Notes under the pieces: generated by a model
The model's input: only the letters and a program-made list of their open reading frames with translations
Told to the model about the DNA's origin: nothing
The model's database searches: none
Program-made: the position numbers and the translations under genes
In this document: one piece after another, positions 1 through 11,554 of the stretch
How positions within the stretch are numbered: position 1 is the first letter of the stretch
How the letters are laid out: each line of letters starts with the position of its first letter
NCBI GenBank assembly: GCA_017654855.1
Contig: CM030336.1
Location: 3,782,001 to 3,846,000, forward strand
From: Podospora anserina
Lineage: Eukaryota
Reading direction: 5' to 3'
DNA length: 64,000 nt

Positions 1-1657
1 GGCGTATATCCCGTACGCTCCCGCGAGGTAGTTGCTCCCGTAAATGAACGAAAGCGTGTTGCCCATGCCGAAGGGAACGGAGCCGAACAGGAGGGAGATG
101 GAAGGGTGGATTGAGGCTGGGAGACTGGTCCAGCTGAAGACGAGCTGGCCGATGGGGGTGAGGACGGCACCGACGCACATGATCAACGCTGTGGCTTCTG
201 GTGCCGGGCGGGACGGGTTGAGGGGGTCGCGTTTAGGGGAGGAGTTTATCATTTTCCGCCACAAAGGTTCCAGGAAGATGGAGATGAGGGTGCCGAGGCC
301 GATGCCGAGGAAGGAGAGGCCGGTGAGGGAGGGTGACCAGCCGCGGTGCTGGGTGAAGATGATGGGGTAGGCGATGAAGCAGAGGTAGAGGATGCCGTAG
401 ATCACGGATATCCTAGGGGGCATTGTTAGCCGGGGATGTTCCAGAGACAACAGGAAGGGGGACGGCAGGCACCAGATATTAAAACACCACAAAATCGGCT
501 CCGTCACCGCGAGCACAAACGGCCGGGACAGATTCAGCTTCAGCAACCCCCATGTTGAAACAGACCGCTGGTCGTATTTACACCACCAGTTCTCATCCCC
601 CGTCTCCTTCCTCCTCCGCGCGGCTTTCTGCTTTATCAGCGTGGGCAGGTAGGATTCTCGGACGAAAAAGGTGAGGACAAAAGCGATGCCGGAGAGGATG
701 ATGGCCAACCAGTTTCCCCACCGCCAGCCGAGGTAGTCGTTGACGAAGCCGCCGATCAGGGGGCCGGTGACCGGACCGTTGAGGGGGGCGATGGACCATA
801 GTGACATGCAGAGGGCGAGGTACTTGTCTGAGGAGATGTCGACTACTGTTCCGGGAGAGTTGGAGATCATGGCTGAGCCGAAGAGGGCGCTGGGGGATTT
901 AGCATGCTGACACAAGGAGAGGGGGGAAAGGGGCATACCCGAAGAAACGGACTATTACCATCTCTGACAACGAGTCGGCTAATCCGCAGGGGATGATGAG
1001 AACAATAAACGCGGCGAGGCAGACGAGGTAGACTGGTCTGCGGCCGTAGAGCTCCGACATGGGGGCTACGATCACCGAGCCAGCTGCTAGGCCTAGGAGG
1101 TAGGTTGTCAGGCCCAGGGTGGCGATGGGTTTGGAGGTGATGTCGAATTCGTCCATTATTTTTGGGAGGGTGGCTGTGTAGGAGGTTGAGTAGAGCACTA
1201 CAACCCAGGTGGAGTAGGAGACCGTGAGGATGGTGTAGGTCCTGTACCAAAAGGGCCAGTTCATGGGGTGCTCGGGGTCGTCCGTGGAGATGGTGACTTC
1301 GTAGTCTGGGGGGCGGGAGGCGGCAGAGGTGATGGAGGTGCGGCCGGTGCGGGTGTGGGTGAGGTGGTTGTTGTTGTTGTTGTTGTCGGCATCTTGTTGG
1401 TAGATGGCGTCGGTTTGGGGGATGGATGTGGTTCGGCCGAGGGCGTGTTCGAGGGGGGATAGGGGGTCGCCGTTGGAGGAACCTGAAGAGGTGGTGGTGA
1501 GTTGAGAGTGACGGGAGGAGGGCCGCGAGGGGTGAGAGCGGGACTCCTTTTCTGGGTGGAATGGGGGGCTGTCCAATGTCGTGTTGTTGGATGAGCCGCC
1601 GGTAAGTGTGTGGGATGTCCCGCGGGCAGCGCTCTGGTCGAGCGAGTCGGCTGTCAT
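1..1657 (-). CDS. MFS drug:H+ antiporter (DHA1-like), 3' end runs off the window; exons 1657-939, 889-473, 412-<1
   Basis: DDPEHPMNWP motif, APMSELYGRRPVY (MFS motif A), hydrophobic TM segments; GT-AG introns 938-890 and 472-413 with CTAAA/CTAAC branch sites restore the frame. Confidence 0.9.
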
Positions 1658-3607
1658 GATGAAGGTCTACCACGACGGCCAGGAAATGCTTGAGAATGTC
1701 GAGGACTGGTCCTAAGATGTGAACATGTTCATACGAATGGTCGGCGGATACACAACAGCCTTGGTTCCTGTTTATTTTCCTTCGGCAGCATGCCTTGGTT
1801 GGGGAACACAGCGGGATTGGATTGGCGGATGAGTTAAACAGAGGTGGTTGAGTGAGGATTACAATTCGTATGTATGTATTTAGTAGCACACTCGGATGTG
1901 AGCTTTATTATCCACTCTCTTCTCTCTTCCAGGCCACTCACATGCAAGTTATCCCCGTCCGCATTTCCGTCCTGTCTTTTTTCCTTCCTTTTTTTCCTTC
2001 TCTGGGCGACGGGTGGTGGGCGCGGACTTAAGAGAGCTAACCACTGCTAAAGTAGCGCGGTATCGGCAGGCTCCATCATCACTCCCCCCCTGTTTGATTT
2101 CCAATCGGGAAGAAATTCGATTGCGATATCGTTCGCAAGCCACCCCCTGGGTTAGGGAAATCCGGGGAAGTGGAAATTCCTTGCGGAGCCAAACATTGAT
2201 GTTGGGCATTGTCCAGATTCACCCAACACCACATTACCTACAACAGGAGATGTCGAGACAAGTGCCGGTCTGGTCGTCTTCCGACAAGTAACATGGCCAT
2301 ATCCCGCCCCCTGACCGACTGGATACCTCCTCCAAGCAGGGTGGCAGGGCCGGTGACAGAAGCACGACAGCAGCAGGGCGCACCGTGCCACCCCAGCTTC
2401 GCGGGACCCCACACCATCCCTGCATTGCCTCGGTAGCTGACCAGGGCAGCGGAAGTTCGGGACTCTTCTGGGGCCGCCGCCAAGAGAAGCGTCTGAAACT
2501 GGGATGGCCTCATCTAATCTTTGTTGTTAGCTTCGTCCGAATTCGAGACCATCCAAAACTCTTCGTCTACCACAGAGCTCACTGTCTGAATCTATCCAAC
2601 AACGACCACCACCACCTCAACGGCCACGGCGCCGGCCTCACGCACCACAACGGCCGCTACTAATTATAATCATCAGTGAAAACGCGTCAAATCGCACACG
2701 GGTCTTCCAGAATATAAACTGCTGTCCTCCTCCTCTGTTTTGGTCGATACAGTACATCCCATTCTTTGAGTAGTCTAGCGAGGAGCAACACCTACCACTC
2801 CCTGAACAACACATCCAAGGTGGGTGAACAGCACCTAATCTTTAGATGTTGACGTCCGTGAAATCGAGGGAACGAGGGCGCAGGTGAGGAACCGGCGTTA
2901 GACAGCCCAATCTGGACTTCAATACTGGACAGGTTTCAACTGGCTACTGAAAAAAAGATGAACTATGGTGATCGGGGACCGCAATCTCCACGGAATTGCT
3001 GTTCATCTTCCATCAAGCTGGAGTGTAAAGAAGTGGCGGCAAAGATGGGAAAGATGACGTGAAACTGGATTAAAACCGCTGTGTTGATGCATCCAAATAA
3101 GCTAATAGACCCCCTTCCTCCGACCAGTCGAGCATGCATGTGTATCCCCTGGCTTCCTCCTGCCGTCAGCCCATCCAGCAATGTCATACATTATCCATTT
3201 CATCACCCATCCCCCTCCAGCAGCATCTATCCGACCCTTCCTCGCTCCAAGAATTTGTGTAAAGAAGCCCAAGCTGGGCGAACGAACCTCAGCAACGGGT
3301 ATGGCGCTGAATCGAGTCTCGCCGAACGTAACCGACGGAACACCCCTCTCGCCAGCACCACCAGAGACCAAAAGGAAAAGTAAACGTTTTTGCGTGTTGC
3401 GAAGTGCTGTTGTTCATTCCAACCATAAGAACACCCCCTCCAAAACAAACGCCCAGGTCGCCGCCCACATCCCACCGATGAACAATACATACACCCTTGC
3501 GATAAATGTAAAATAAACAGATAAACTCCCCACACCCCAGCGCTGGCAAACTCGGCGTCAGGTGATGATGACTTTGACAGTTGAAAAGAAGAAAAATGTC
3601 GCCCATA

Positions 3608-5644
3608 TTACAAAGTAACACCTGTTCCAGCCGCCGGAGGCGTAAGTGTCAACAGATTAAGTGCACCACCGGGAGACGTGTTCGCAGCTGGACCTGGTGT
3701 CGTCGCGCCGGCTTTGCTCGCCATCTGCGCCAGCGCCTCCCTCTCCGCCTTCTCCCTATCCCGCTGCTCCTTCTCGAGCTTCGTGATTCTTGGCTTCCTC
3801 ACGGTGCCGCCTCTCGAACCGGGCCCGCCACCTCGGCCCCGTCCGCTCTCGCCACCGCCACGAGCACCACCCCTGGACCCTCTTCCACGTCCACCACGAC
3901 CGCGTCTCGGGGGTCCCTCGGGCACAACAGGCTTCTCCACCTCGGGGATCAGAGGTCCGCTGTAGACGAAGAATCCATCCCTGCTCGCAGCTGCCTGCTC
4001 TTCCCAGAGCATCTCAGAGTCATCCACAAAGTCATCATCCTTGTCGTACTCGTCCTCCTTGAAATTCCGCTTCTTCCTCGCCGGCTTGGCAGGAGCAGCT
4101 TCGGGGCCGCTGGCCGGATTTCCGTTGCCCATGCCGCCCATTTCCACATTGCTGTTGTCGGCCTCGCTCAGGTCTTCCTCCATTTCGTCCCCAGTGTCAC
4201 GGCCGCTGCCATTCTTCTCCTTCTCCAAAGCGGCCGTGGCAGCTGCGATGAGAGCCTTGCGCTCCCGCGAGGCAGCCAATCTGGGGTGCAAAGCGTCCCA
4301 TCCGTAGCGTTCCTCGGCCATGCGCATGAAGTTGACATACTTGTTGTTCTCACCTTGCTTGAGCGGGATGTGAAGCGCGATGCTGGGCGGCTCGACCTCC
4401 TCGCCGGGCTTGGCCCTCCCGAAATCCAAGATGGAGCGCTCGCTGGCTGGAAGGGGCGGCAGCGAGTCCTTCTCCTTCACTCCGTTGATTTTTGGCGAGC
4501 TGCTGGTGCTGCTGCGCGCCTTCTTGTTGGCCTTTGTTTCTTGCTGGACAACAGCCGCGATCTTCTTGCTCTGGACAGGCGCGGGCGGGGCAGCAACCGC
4601 GGCAAGCGAGGAGCCGCTCGGAATCGACGACATGCTGGTAAATGAATTCATTTTGGGTTCTGGCTTGCTAACGGAGGCAGGCGCTGGAGGTGGCGGCGGG
4701 GGACGTCTGGCTTCGGCCAATGTGGGCTTGGGCATGGTAGCAGGGGTGGCCAGGACGGGGTTGGCCGGAGAAGCAGGGACTGATGATGGCTCCTGGAAAC
4801 GCGGCTGCGAAGTAGTTGTTGTAAACGATTGCGTCGGTCTGGGTGAGATGATGGAGGTTGGAGGATCGACTAGGCTGGCAATAGATGGCGATGCGCTGGC
4901 CCTGTTGGGAGCCTGGGCAGGCGCGCGAGGGGAGCCAAGCGGACCTCCGGTGCCATAGGGGTCGCGAGATACCATGCTTTCCCTAATGGGGTCGTAGTTG
5001 CCTCGGATGGGATCAAACATCTGCCTGGCAGGCGCCGTCGGCTGGGGCTGCGGAGGTGGCTCGTCGCTGTTGAGGAGATTCTGCATTTGCATCGAGGTCA
5101 TGCTCTCTCTCTTGGGCGGCGTCTGGACGAAGCCGGCGCCACCGTCCAACGACATGCGCATCGAGGTGAGTTCTGTGATCTTGGGCTGACGAGCTGCTGC
5201 TGCTGATGGGGGACCAGAGGCAGCCCGCGCATCCATCTCCGAGTTTGTCTCATTGCTCTCGGTAAGAGCGGCTTTGCGTTTCCTCTGGACAGGCGGGGCA
5301 TTGGGGTCCTTGGGTTTCCTCGGCCGACGCTGCTTGGGTGGCTCGACAGTCCCATCAGGTGCAACCTTCGGCTTGACTGTGCTACCAGGCTTCCGGCCCG
5401 GCTTTTTCCTAGGAACGCCGGCGGCGGTCAGTTGTGTGCCGGGCGGGTACTCGGAGGCTTGCTGTTGCTGGACCTGTTGCTGCATAATGCCGAATCTGGC
5501 AGCTGACCCGGGGTCGACAATGATCTCGTCCATTTCGATGTTGGCTCTGGCGGCGTTGATGATCCGAGTGGGCGATCCAGGCTCGGAAATGGCAGAAGGC
5601 GGTGATGACAACAGGGAGGGTGATGAGCTGTGATACTGCTGCAT
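3608..5644 (-). CDS. HPC2: HIR complex subunit Hpc2 (HUN/HPC2 domain)
   Basis: YVNFMRMAEERYGW and EDEYDKDDDFVDDSE...DGFFVYSGPL motifs, RGG-rich tail; first in-frame ATG at 5644 (the ORF track starts at a GTG at 5668). Confidence 0.85.
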   Translation of the reverse strand: MQQYHSSSPSLLSSPPSAISEPGSPTRIINAARANIEMDEIIVDPGSAARFGIMQQQVQQQQASEYPPGTQLTAAGVPRKKPGRKPGSTVKPKVAPDGTVEPPKQRRPRKPKDPNAPPVQRKRKAALTESNETNSEMDARAASGPPSAAAARQPKITELTSMRMSLDGGAGFVQTPPKRESMTSMQMQNLLNSDEPPPQPQPTAPARQMFDPIRGNYDPIRESMVSRDPYGTGGPLGSPRAPAQAPNRASASPSIASLVDPPTSIISPRPTQSFTTTTSQPRFQEPSSVPASPANPVLATPATMPKPTLAEARRPPPPPPAPASVSKPEPKMNSFTSMSSIPSGSSLAAVAAPPAPVQSKKIAAVVQQETKANKKARSSTSSSPKINGVKEKDSLPPLPASERSILDFGRAKPGEEVEPPSIALHIPLKQGENNKYVNFMRMAEERYGWDALHPRLAASRERKALIAAATAALEKEKNGSGRDTGDEMEEDLSEADNSNVEMGGMGNGNPASGPEAAPAKPARKKRNFKEDEYDKDDDFVDDSEMLWEEQAAASRDGFFVYSGPLIPEVEKPVVPEGPPRRGRGGRGRGSRGGARGGGESGRGRGGGPGSRGGTVRKPRITKLEKEQRDREKAEREALAQMASKAGATTPGPAANTSPGGALNLLTLTPPAAGTGVTL

Positions 5645-7514
5645 CGCGGTGTTTTGATCCTCCTCCACTGGGCGTGCCCCCTACAAGCTGCACAAAAACC
5701 CCCTTTGTGTGTGGTGGTCGGTTGGGTTTAAAGATGAAGTAGCTCAAAGGCGTATGCGTATGGTGGTGTATCGGTATCGGTATCGGTATAAAGATGGACA
5801 AGTTCAAGGTAACATATAACTAAATATAAAAACCAGCTGGTGATTGGCTCCTTTTTTTGCTTTGCACCGGTTTGGGATGCGGAGGCGTTGGTTGGTCCAA
5901 GCGTCTCCTCCGTTGGTTGTTGTGTCGCGGGTGGAGTTTGCTGCGTCTGAATGCCTTCACCCGCCGAGGGCGCTGCAAAAGAGACAGCGGTCGGCGACAA
6001 AATGGGCGGTGTCCGGGCTGTTTAGGGGGATGCAGCGGTCAAAAGCGTATGGATCAATTCGGAAAAGACGCGGGAATCGAAATACGATGGTTGCGCGATG
6101 CAGGCACACCAGGCGTCAATGAAACTGATGGGAGTCGATTCTTTTGTGGTGGTTGTTGACTGCAAAAAGTGTGGAAAAAGAGAGTGAGAAAAGGAGGAAA
6201 TTTTGGGGTGCTGGGCGGCGAGGAGCAGGACGGGGATGGGCTCTGTTTTGGAACTTTTTTTTTTATTACTTTGCAGCTGGCGAGGGAAAACCGGGGCTTG
6301 ACCACCAAAGGGACATTTGTTCTGGAAAAAAACGAATTAAACACCATTAACAAGAACACTCAGACCAGGTTGCCAGTCCAGCCAGTGATGGAGCCAAGCG
6401 ACGGCCAAAAGAGGGAAACGCAGTCATCAGATACATCAGACGGTTTGCCGATATCAGATTAGGTGATGGGAATGCCTCTCTGGCAGCTGGCCACCGCCTG
6501 ACCAACCACTCATAGAGGGAGTAGGGTGACCGGAGGGGGAAATGCCTTGGTTGCTCTGGCTGGGAAATGGAAGACGATAAAATAATATCAATGCTCTCTG
6601 TCGTCACAAGGCCTGGCTGTTAGAGGTCCCCCACCGGCGGGAAGTGACTTTAAAGTGTGACAGGGGAGAGGGGGGGTTCGTCGCAGAGCCAAGAGCGCGG
6701 AAGAGGCTCGCGCGGGGCGGCTTGGGTCCTGCGGTATCCTGCAGTGCCCTGCACACGGTACGGTAGGTACGAGGGTACTTCTGGATCTTGTACCCCGCCC
6801 CCCTTTCGCATTCGGGGTGGGACGATGCGTGACATTCTCCGCAGTGTCCGACCCACAATTGAGGGACAAAATAAACGTGCCGGGACAGGCACAGGGCATC
6901 CCTGATTGAAGCACAAGCCACATCCAATTCCACCAAGTCCCAATTCTCCGATCTATTACAACAAGCCGGTCGGTGTCTGTATACAAGTCAGAAGATGCTT
7001 GGGACGCAGTGAGAGAATGGAGAAGAAATTATACTCCAGATATACACCTAGTTAGACGTGGTAGACTTCTGCAGCGATATATCCGTCCCTGTGCCTTCCG
7101 ATCCCGAGACATGGCGTGTCTTGTATTCGTGCACTAACGATGCAATTTTCCGCTGCTTCACGTGCTGTGGCGCCGGTCTGCTACAGCAAACCGCTCCACT
7201 CTGTGCGAGTCTCTTCTCTCAGTTTCTCAGAAAAATAGCCAAAAGTATCGTTTTCTACACCTGCGAAACACTGGCCTGCATCTGAACGAGTGTTTCGAAT
7301 GCCGTGCACAGACCAGACCCGGTGCCATTCGGCCTTAGATCGACGCTAGCAGTGACGGGTAATTAGATAAGCAGCCACCCCTGTCCAGCTTCCAAAAGCT
7401 TCGTTAAAGTGGGGGGCCAATAACGATAACGATAACGGATAACTTGCTGGTGACGGAACCTTTTCTACCAACACAAAGTAACTTCTTCACCAACGCTCGC
7501 CCATTCGACCATCA

Positions 7515-7515
<1 letters not shown>

Positions 7516-7548
<33 letters not shown>
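7516..7548. repeat. (CA)n microsatellite in the RBA50 5' region
   Basis: Seen directly. Confidence 0.95.
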
Positions 7549-7553
<5 letters not shown>

Positions 7554-7568
7554 AACCCCCCCGACAAA

Positions 7569-8867
7569 ATGGAGGGATTCGGACTAGAGGTACGAGACGT
7601 TCTCGAACACACACCCGACGAAGTCAAGCCCCCGAGCTTCCCGACTCCCGCCAACCAGTCCGCGACCGGATTCCCAGCGCCCAAGAAACGAATTTCTGCC
7701 TTCAAGAAGCAGCGCCAGAACAACAACACAAGCATGCTCCCGACTCCTCCAGCCCAATATGGCCCAGAGCGGCCACCAGCACCAAAGCCAGAGGTGTTAG
7801 AAAAGCAGAGAATCGCCGAGGAAAATGACGCCCTTTTGAACTCGTTGCCGCCCGATCAGATCATGGAAGAACAGCGCGACCTTTTCAAGAACCTTGATCC
7901 AAAGCTTATCCAAATGCTCCTCCGGCGCGCAAACCTCGACGATTCCGGTCCCGCGAAATTCGATCCGTCCCCAGAACCCTCTTCGAGCGCGAAAACAACA
8001 CCCGTAACAACCACGACCAAACCCCCCAAAGTCACTGTCGAGGACGTCTCAGAAAACATACCACCACCACCATCCAAGAAAGATCCCACAAAACCCAAGA
8101 AAACAGTCACCTTTGACGAAGACGCCGCTCCCCCAGCTCCCCCAGCCAACCTCATCCCCGTCAAAACGATCACCACCACCGACCCAAACCTCATCATAAC
8201 CCCCTCCAACGCCCCCGACGAAGCCCACACATTCCACACCCACTACCCCCAGCCCCCCACTGTCCCCGACCTCGACCCCGAAGACCCGGACTTTCTCGAG
8301 AAAATGCACTCCAAATTCTTCCCCAACCTCCCCGCCGACCCCTCCAAGCTCGCCTGGATGGCCCCCATCCCAACCCCGGGCTCCGCCGCCGACAAAGAAT
8401 CCCCTTACTACCCAGGCCAGGACTCACTCCCCATCTCTGCGCTGCGCTTTGACTTTCGCGGTTTACTCATCCCACCGAGATTATCCCGGCAAATCCCTGT
8501 AACGAAGGGTCTTCACCACCATGGTGAGGCGCCCGAGGCGGCGGGGTATACTATTCCCGAGTTGGCGAGATATGCGAGATCGGAGGTCCCAGCGCAGAGG
8601 TGTATTGCTTATCAGACGCTGGGCAGGATGCTGTACAGGTTGGGAAGGGGTGATTGGGGGAAGGGTGAGGGTGGGAGGGTAGGGGAGGAGGACGATTTGG
8701 CGTTTGGGTTGTGGAGGTGTTTCAAGGAGAATCGGGTGGTGGAGAGTATTGAAGAGGAGGTGCAGGGGGAGGAGGGGAGGGGGCACAGGAGTTGTTATGC
8801 TTATGCGACGGAGGCGTTGTGGCTGTTTGAGAAGGGGGGTTGGAGAGAGAGGTGGAGGGGGATGTGA
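7569..8867 (+). CDS. RBA50: RNA polymerase II assembly factor Rba50 (RPAP1 family)
   Basis: RPAP1 motifs IAEENDALL, KLAWM, RFDFRG, GLHHHGEAPEAAGYTIPEL...SEVPAQRCIAYQTLGRML; intact 432-aa ORF. Confidence 0.92.
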   Translation: MEGFGLEVRDVLEHTPDEVKPPSFPTPANQSATGFPAPKKRISAFKKQRQNNNTSMLPTPPAQYGPERPPAPKPEVLEKQRIAEENDALLNSLPPDQIMEEQRDLFKNLDPKLIQMLLRRANLDDSGPAKFDPSPEPSSSAKTTPVTTTTKPPKVTVEDVSENIPPPPSKKDPTKPKKTVTFDEDAAPPAPPANLIPVKTITTTDPNLIITPSNAPDEAHTFHTHYPQPPTVPDLDPEDPDFLEKMHSKFFPNLPADPSKLAWMAPIPTPGSAADKESPYYPGQDSLPISALRFDFRGLLIPPRLSRQIPVTKGLHHHGEAPEAAGYTIPELARYARSEVPAQRCIAYQTLGRMLYRLGRGDWGKGEGGRVGEEDDLAFGLWRCFKENRVVESIEEEVQGEEGRGHRSCYAYATEALWLFEKGGWRERWRGM

Positions 8868-9214
8868 ATGGGGTGAAGAGCAGAGGCTGATCATTGGGCC
8901 AAAAAAGAATAGCATTAACAAGCGAAACCGGTACGTCAAACGAGGTTACGGAGCTGCATGTGAAGACAATCGAGCGCTGGACTGTGACAAATGGCATGTG
9001 ACTTGTTGAACATGCGAAAAGATGGAGAAAAGCATGGCCTAGCAGCTATGCCCGGCAGCTGACATACTTTGGGTGTGAACTTTGCCTCGAGTTCAACTGT
9101 CCAGTTTCTTGTCTTCCGGCCCCAGCAAAACGGGTGATATTCAACTAAATATATCCAGACCACCTATTCAGTAAGAGCACCAACCGTGGTGATCACGACA
9201 TTGTTAGGTGGAGG

Positions 9215-9330
<116 letters not shown>

Positions 9331-9530
9331 GGTAATTACGAATTGAAAGGTGAAAAGTAGTAGTAAGAAAAGGGATGACGATGATGATGACAAGATTCAG
9401 AACCGTCACATGGGAGTGATTTATAGGTAGCTTCCTGTCAATAGGCACGCACGCGGTGTCTTCACCACCACCAAACAACCGCACTTGTTCCCATCCAGCA
9501 TCAAATACACCGAGAACCACATCCACATCC

Positions 9531-9533
<3 letters not shown>

Positions 9534-9563
<30 letters not shown>
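9534..9563. repeat. (ATC)n microsatellite
   Basis: Seen directly. Confidence 0.9.
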
Positions 9564-9564
<1 letters not shown>

Positions 9565-9706
9565 ATACAAGACAAATCCCCAAAACAAAATTACCACATT
9601 GTATCATACAAGTTCCCTTCCCTTAACCCAACCCCCTATCATCAAACAATCTTTCAGTCATTAATTCCCATTTCTTTTCAATCCCCTACATCATACTCCC
9701 AGCCCA

Positions 9707-11554
9707 TCACTTCGACCCCCCATTAGCCAACCCAGCCCTCAACTCATCCACCTCCCTCTGCAACCTCGTCAAATCAGCCAGTATATCCACCCCGTCACCA
9801 CTACCACCACCCCCAGGTGAGGACACCACCACCTCATCCGTCGTGTCCGGTGTTGCCGCCGTCGCCATCGCCATAGCACTATTCCTAACACTACCACCAC
9901 CACCCCTATGCTTCGGCACCGGCGGCGCCTGCTTGCTATTCCCACTACTCCTCCTCACCACCCCCTCCCCCGCTGCCCCGACAGGTTTCTTAGCCCTCAC
10001 ACTCGCCCCCCTAGCCGGAGGCGGCGGCGGCGGCGTCAACTTCTCCTTTGCCGTCCCTACCACCGGTGGAGGGCTGGCAATAGCTTCCACCACCGATCCC
10101 GCCAGCGGCGGTGTGACCACACTGTTATTATTCGGCGTACTACTCCCAGACAGTGTCGGCGGCGGAGATACAGCCTCACCACTGGGCGACGCCACCACCC
10201 TCTGCGATGGTCTCCTCGGGGGCGGCGGTGCCGGCGCGTGGATGTTGGCTCGTAAGGAAGAAGACCGGGAACGGGTCGATTCCATTGATGATCGACGAGT
10301 ACTGCTAAACAATTCCTCCTCTGGTGAAAAAGGCCTAGGCTCGGACCTGCCATGATGTGGTTGTCGTCTCGGCGGGGGGGCAGGTTTTCTTGACGGTGGT
10401 GGTGTCGGCAGACTAGAGGTTGGGGAGGGGGAGCGTAAAGCGTGGATGATGTGAAGACCTGGGTCGGGCATGGCAGGCTCGGGAATCTTCCCCGCTGCTT
10501 CGTGGTCGAATATATTGCCATCTTCTGACACCGAGGGTTGTGAAGGGAGGGGTTTGTTAACGTCTGACGGGGTTGGGGGCCGCTGTCGAGATGGTGACGT
10601 GACAGGTTTAGGGCTTGCTAGTGATGATGAAGACGAGGTTTTGCCGCCTAGGGAGCTGCTGCTCTCCTGGCGGGTCGGGTCTGGTCGGATGAGTTTTCCA
10701 TGGCGGGAGCTCGGGGGAGGGGGTTTCTTTCTCAGGATGGTCGGTGCAGGTTGGAGGGTGGCGGCGGGAGGGTTGGGGAGTAACCTCTGCTGCTCATCTC
10801 CAACCGTCTGGCCTGGTATTTCCCGTGATAGACGTGGCGTGTCCTGCAACTGTATCGTTATCTCCGTCCCAGCTCTTTCCTCCGCCCTCCCGAGATCAGC
10901 ACTCGACCGTGCCGGTGTTGATCCCCCGGTCTGTCCAGTCAACAACAGCCTCCTGAACGCATCCACATCCAGCCCTCCCCTCGACCCTCCTGCCCCCACC
11001 TCAGTTTCCCCCCTCTCCTCCAACCCTGGTTGTCCCATCTGAAAAGATATCCTCGGCACCCCTCCCTCCCGCCGCCTATCCCCCTCTTGCACCGCCAACT
11101 CCTCAACCGAGCTCTTATTCGACCCCCCACCCGCCCCAAAAGGATCTACCTCCACCACCACCACCTCCTCCTCCTCCTCCTCCTCACTACTCTCACTACC
11201 ACTATCACTCTCCTCATCCGGCTCCCCAATCGGCGGGAACCTCTCCCCAAACCCATCACTCTCCTCCGGACTACTCGGCGGCGGGCTCTGCACCCTCACC
11301 TTCTTGACAACCTTTTGCTTCAGAAAACTCGTCGTCGGCGGCGGCTGAGCCGGTCTCGGTACACCCTGCAATGTTTCCCAGAATTGATCACCGCCGCCGC
11401 CCCCAATCGTCAAACTCGAGGTATTATCATCCCCCTGTATCGTCGGCGGTGGTGGTGGAGGAGGGGTCGTCGACTGCAGATCCGGGACGTCGGTAGCGGC
11501 AACGGGCTTGCGACGAAACGGGTTATTGGAATTGAACGATGGCTGGGTGGCCAT
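9707..11554 (-). CDS. Pro/Ser-rich, largely disordered hypothetical protein (615 aa)
   Basis: Long ATG-initiated ORF; N-terminal SNNPFRR, internal LDVDAFRRLLLTG, several PPPPxR motifs, C-terminal helix DILADLTRLQREVDELRA. Confidence 0.8.
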   Translation of the reverse strand: MATQPSFNSNNPFRRKPVAATDVPDLQSTTPPPPPPPTIQGDDNTSSLTIGGGGGDQFWETLQGVPRPAQPPPTTSFLKQKVVKKVRVQSPPPSSPEESDGFGERFPPIGEPDEESDSGSESSEEEEEEEVVVVEVDPFGAGGGSNKSSVEELAVQEGDRRREGGVPRISFQMGQPGLEERGETEVGAGGSRGGLDVDAFRRLLLTGQTGGSTPARSSADLGRAEERAGTEITIQLQDTPRLSREIPGQTVGDEQQRLLPNPPAATLQPAPTILRKKPPPPSSRHGKLIRPDPTRQESSSSLGGKTSSSSSLASPKPVTSPSRQRPPTPSDVNKPLPSQPSVSEDGNIFDHEAAGKIPEPAMPDPGLHIIHALRSPSPTSSLPTPPPSRKPAPPPRRQPHHGRSEPRPFSPEEELFSSTRRSSMESTRSRSSSLRANIHAPAPPPPRRPSQRVVASPSGEAVSPPPTLSGSSTPNNNSVVTPPLAGSVVEAIASPPPVVGTAKEKLTPPPPPPARGASVRAKKPVGAAGEGVVRRSSGNSKQAPPVPKHRGGGGSVRNSAMAMATAATPDTTDEVVVSSPGGGGSGDGVDILADLTRLQREVDELRAGLANGGSK

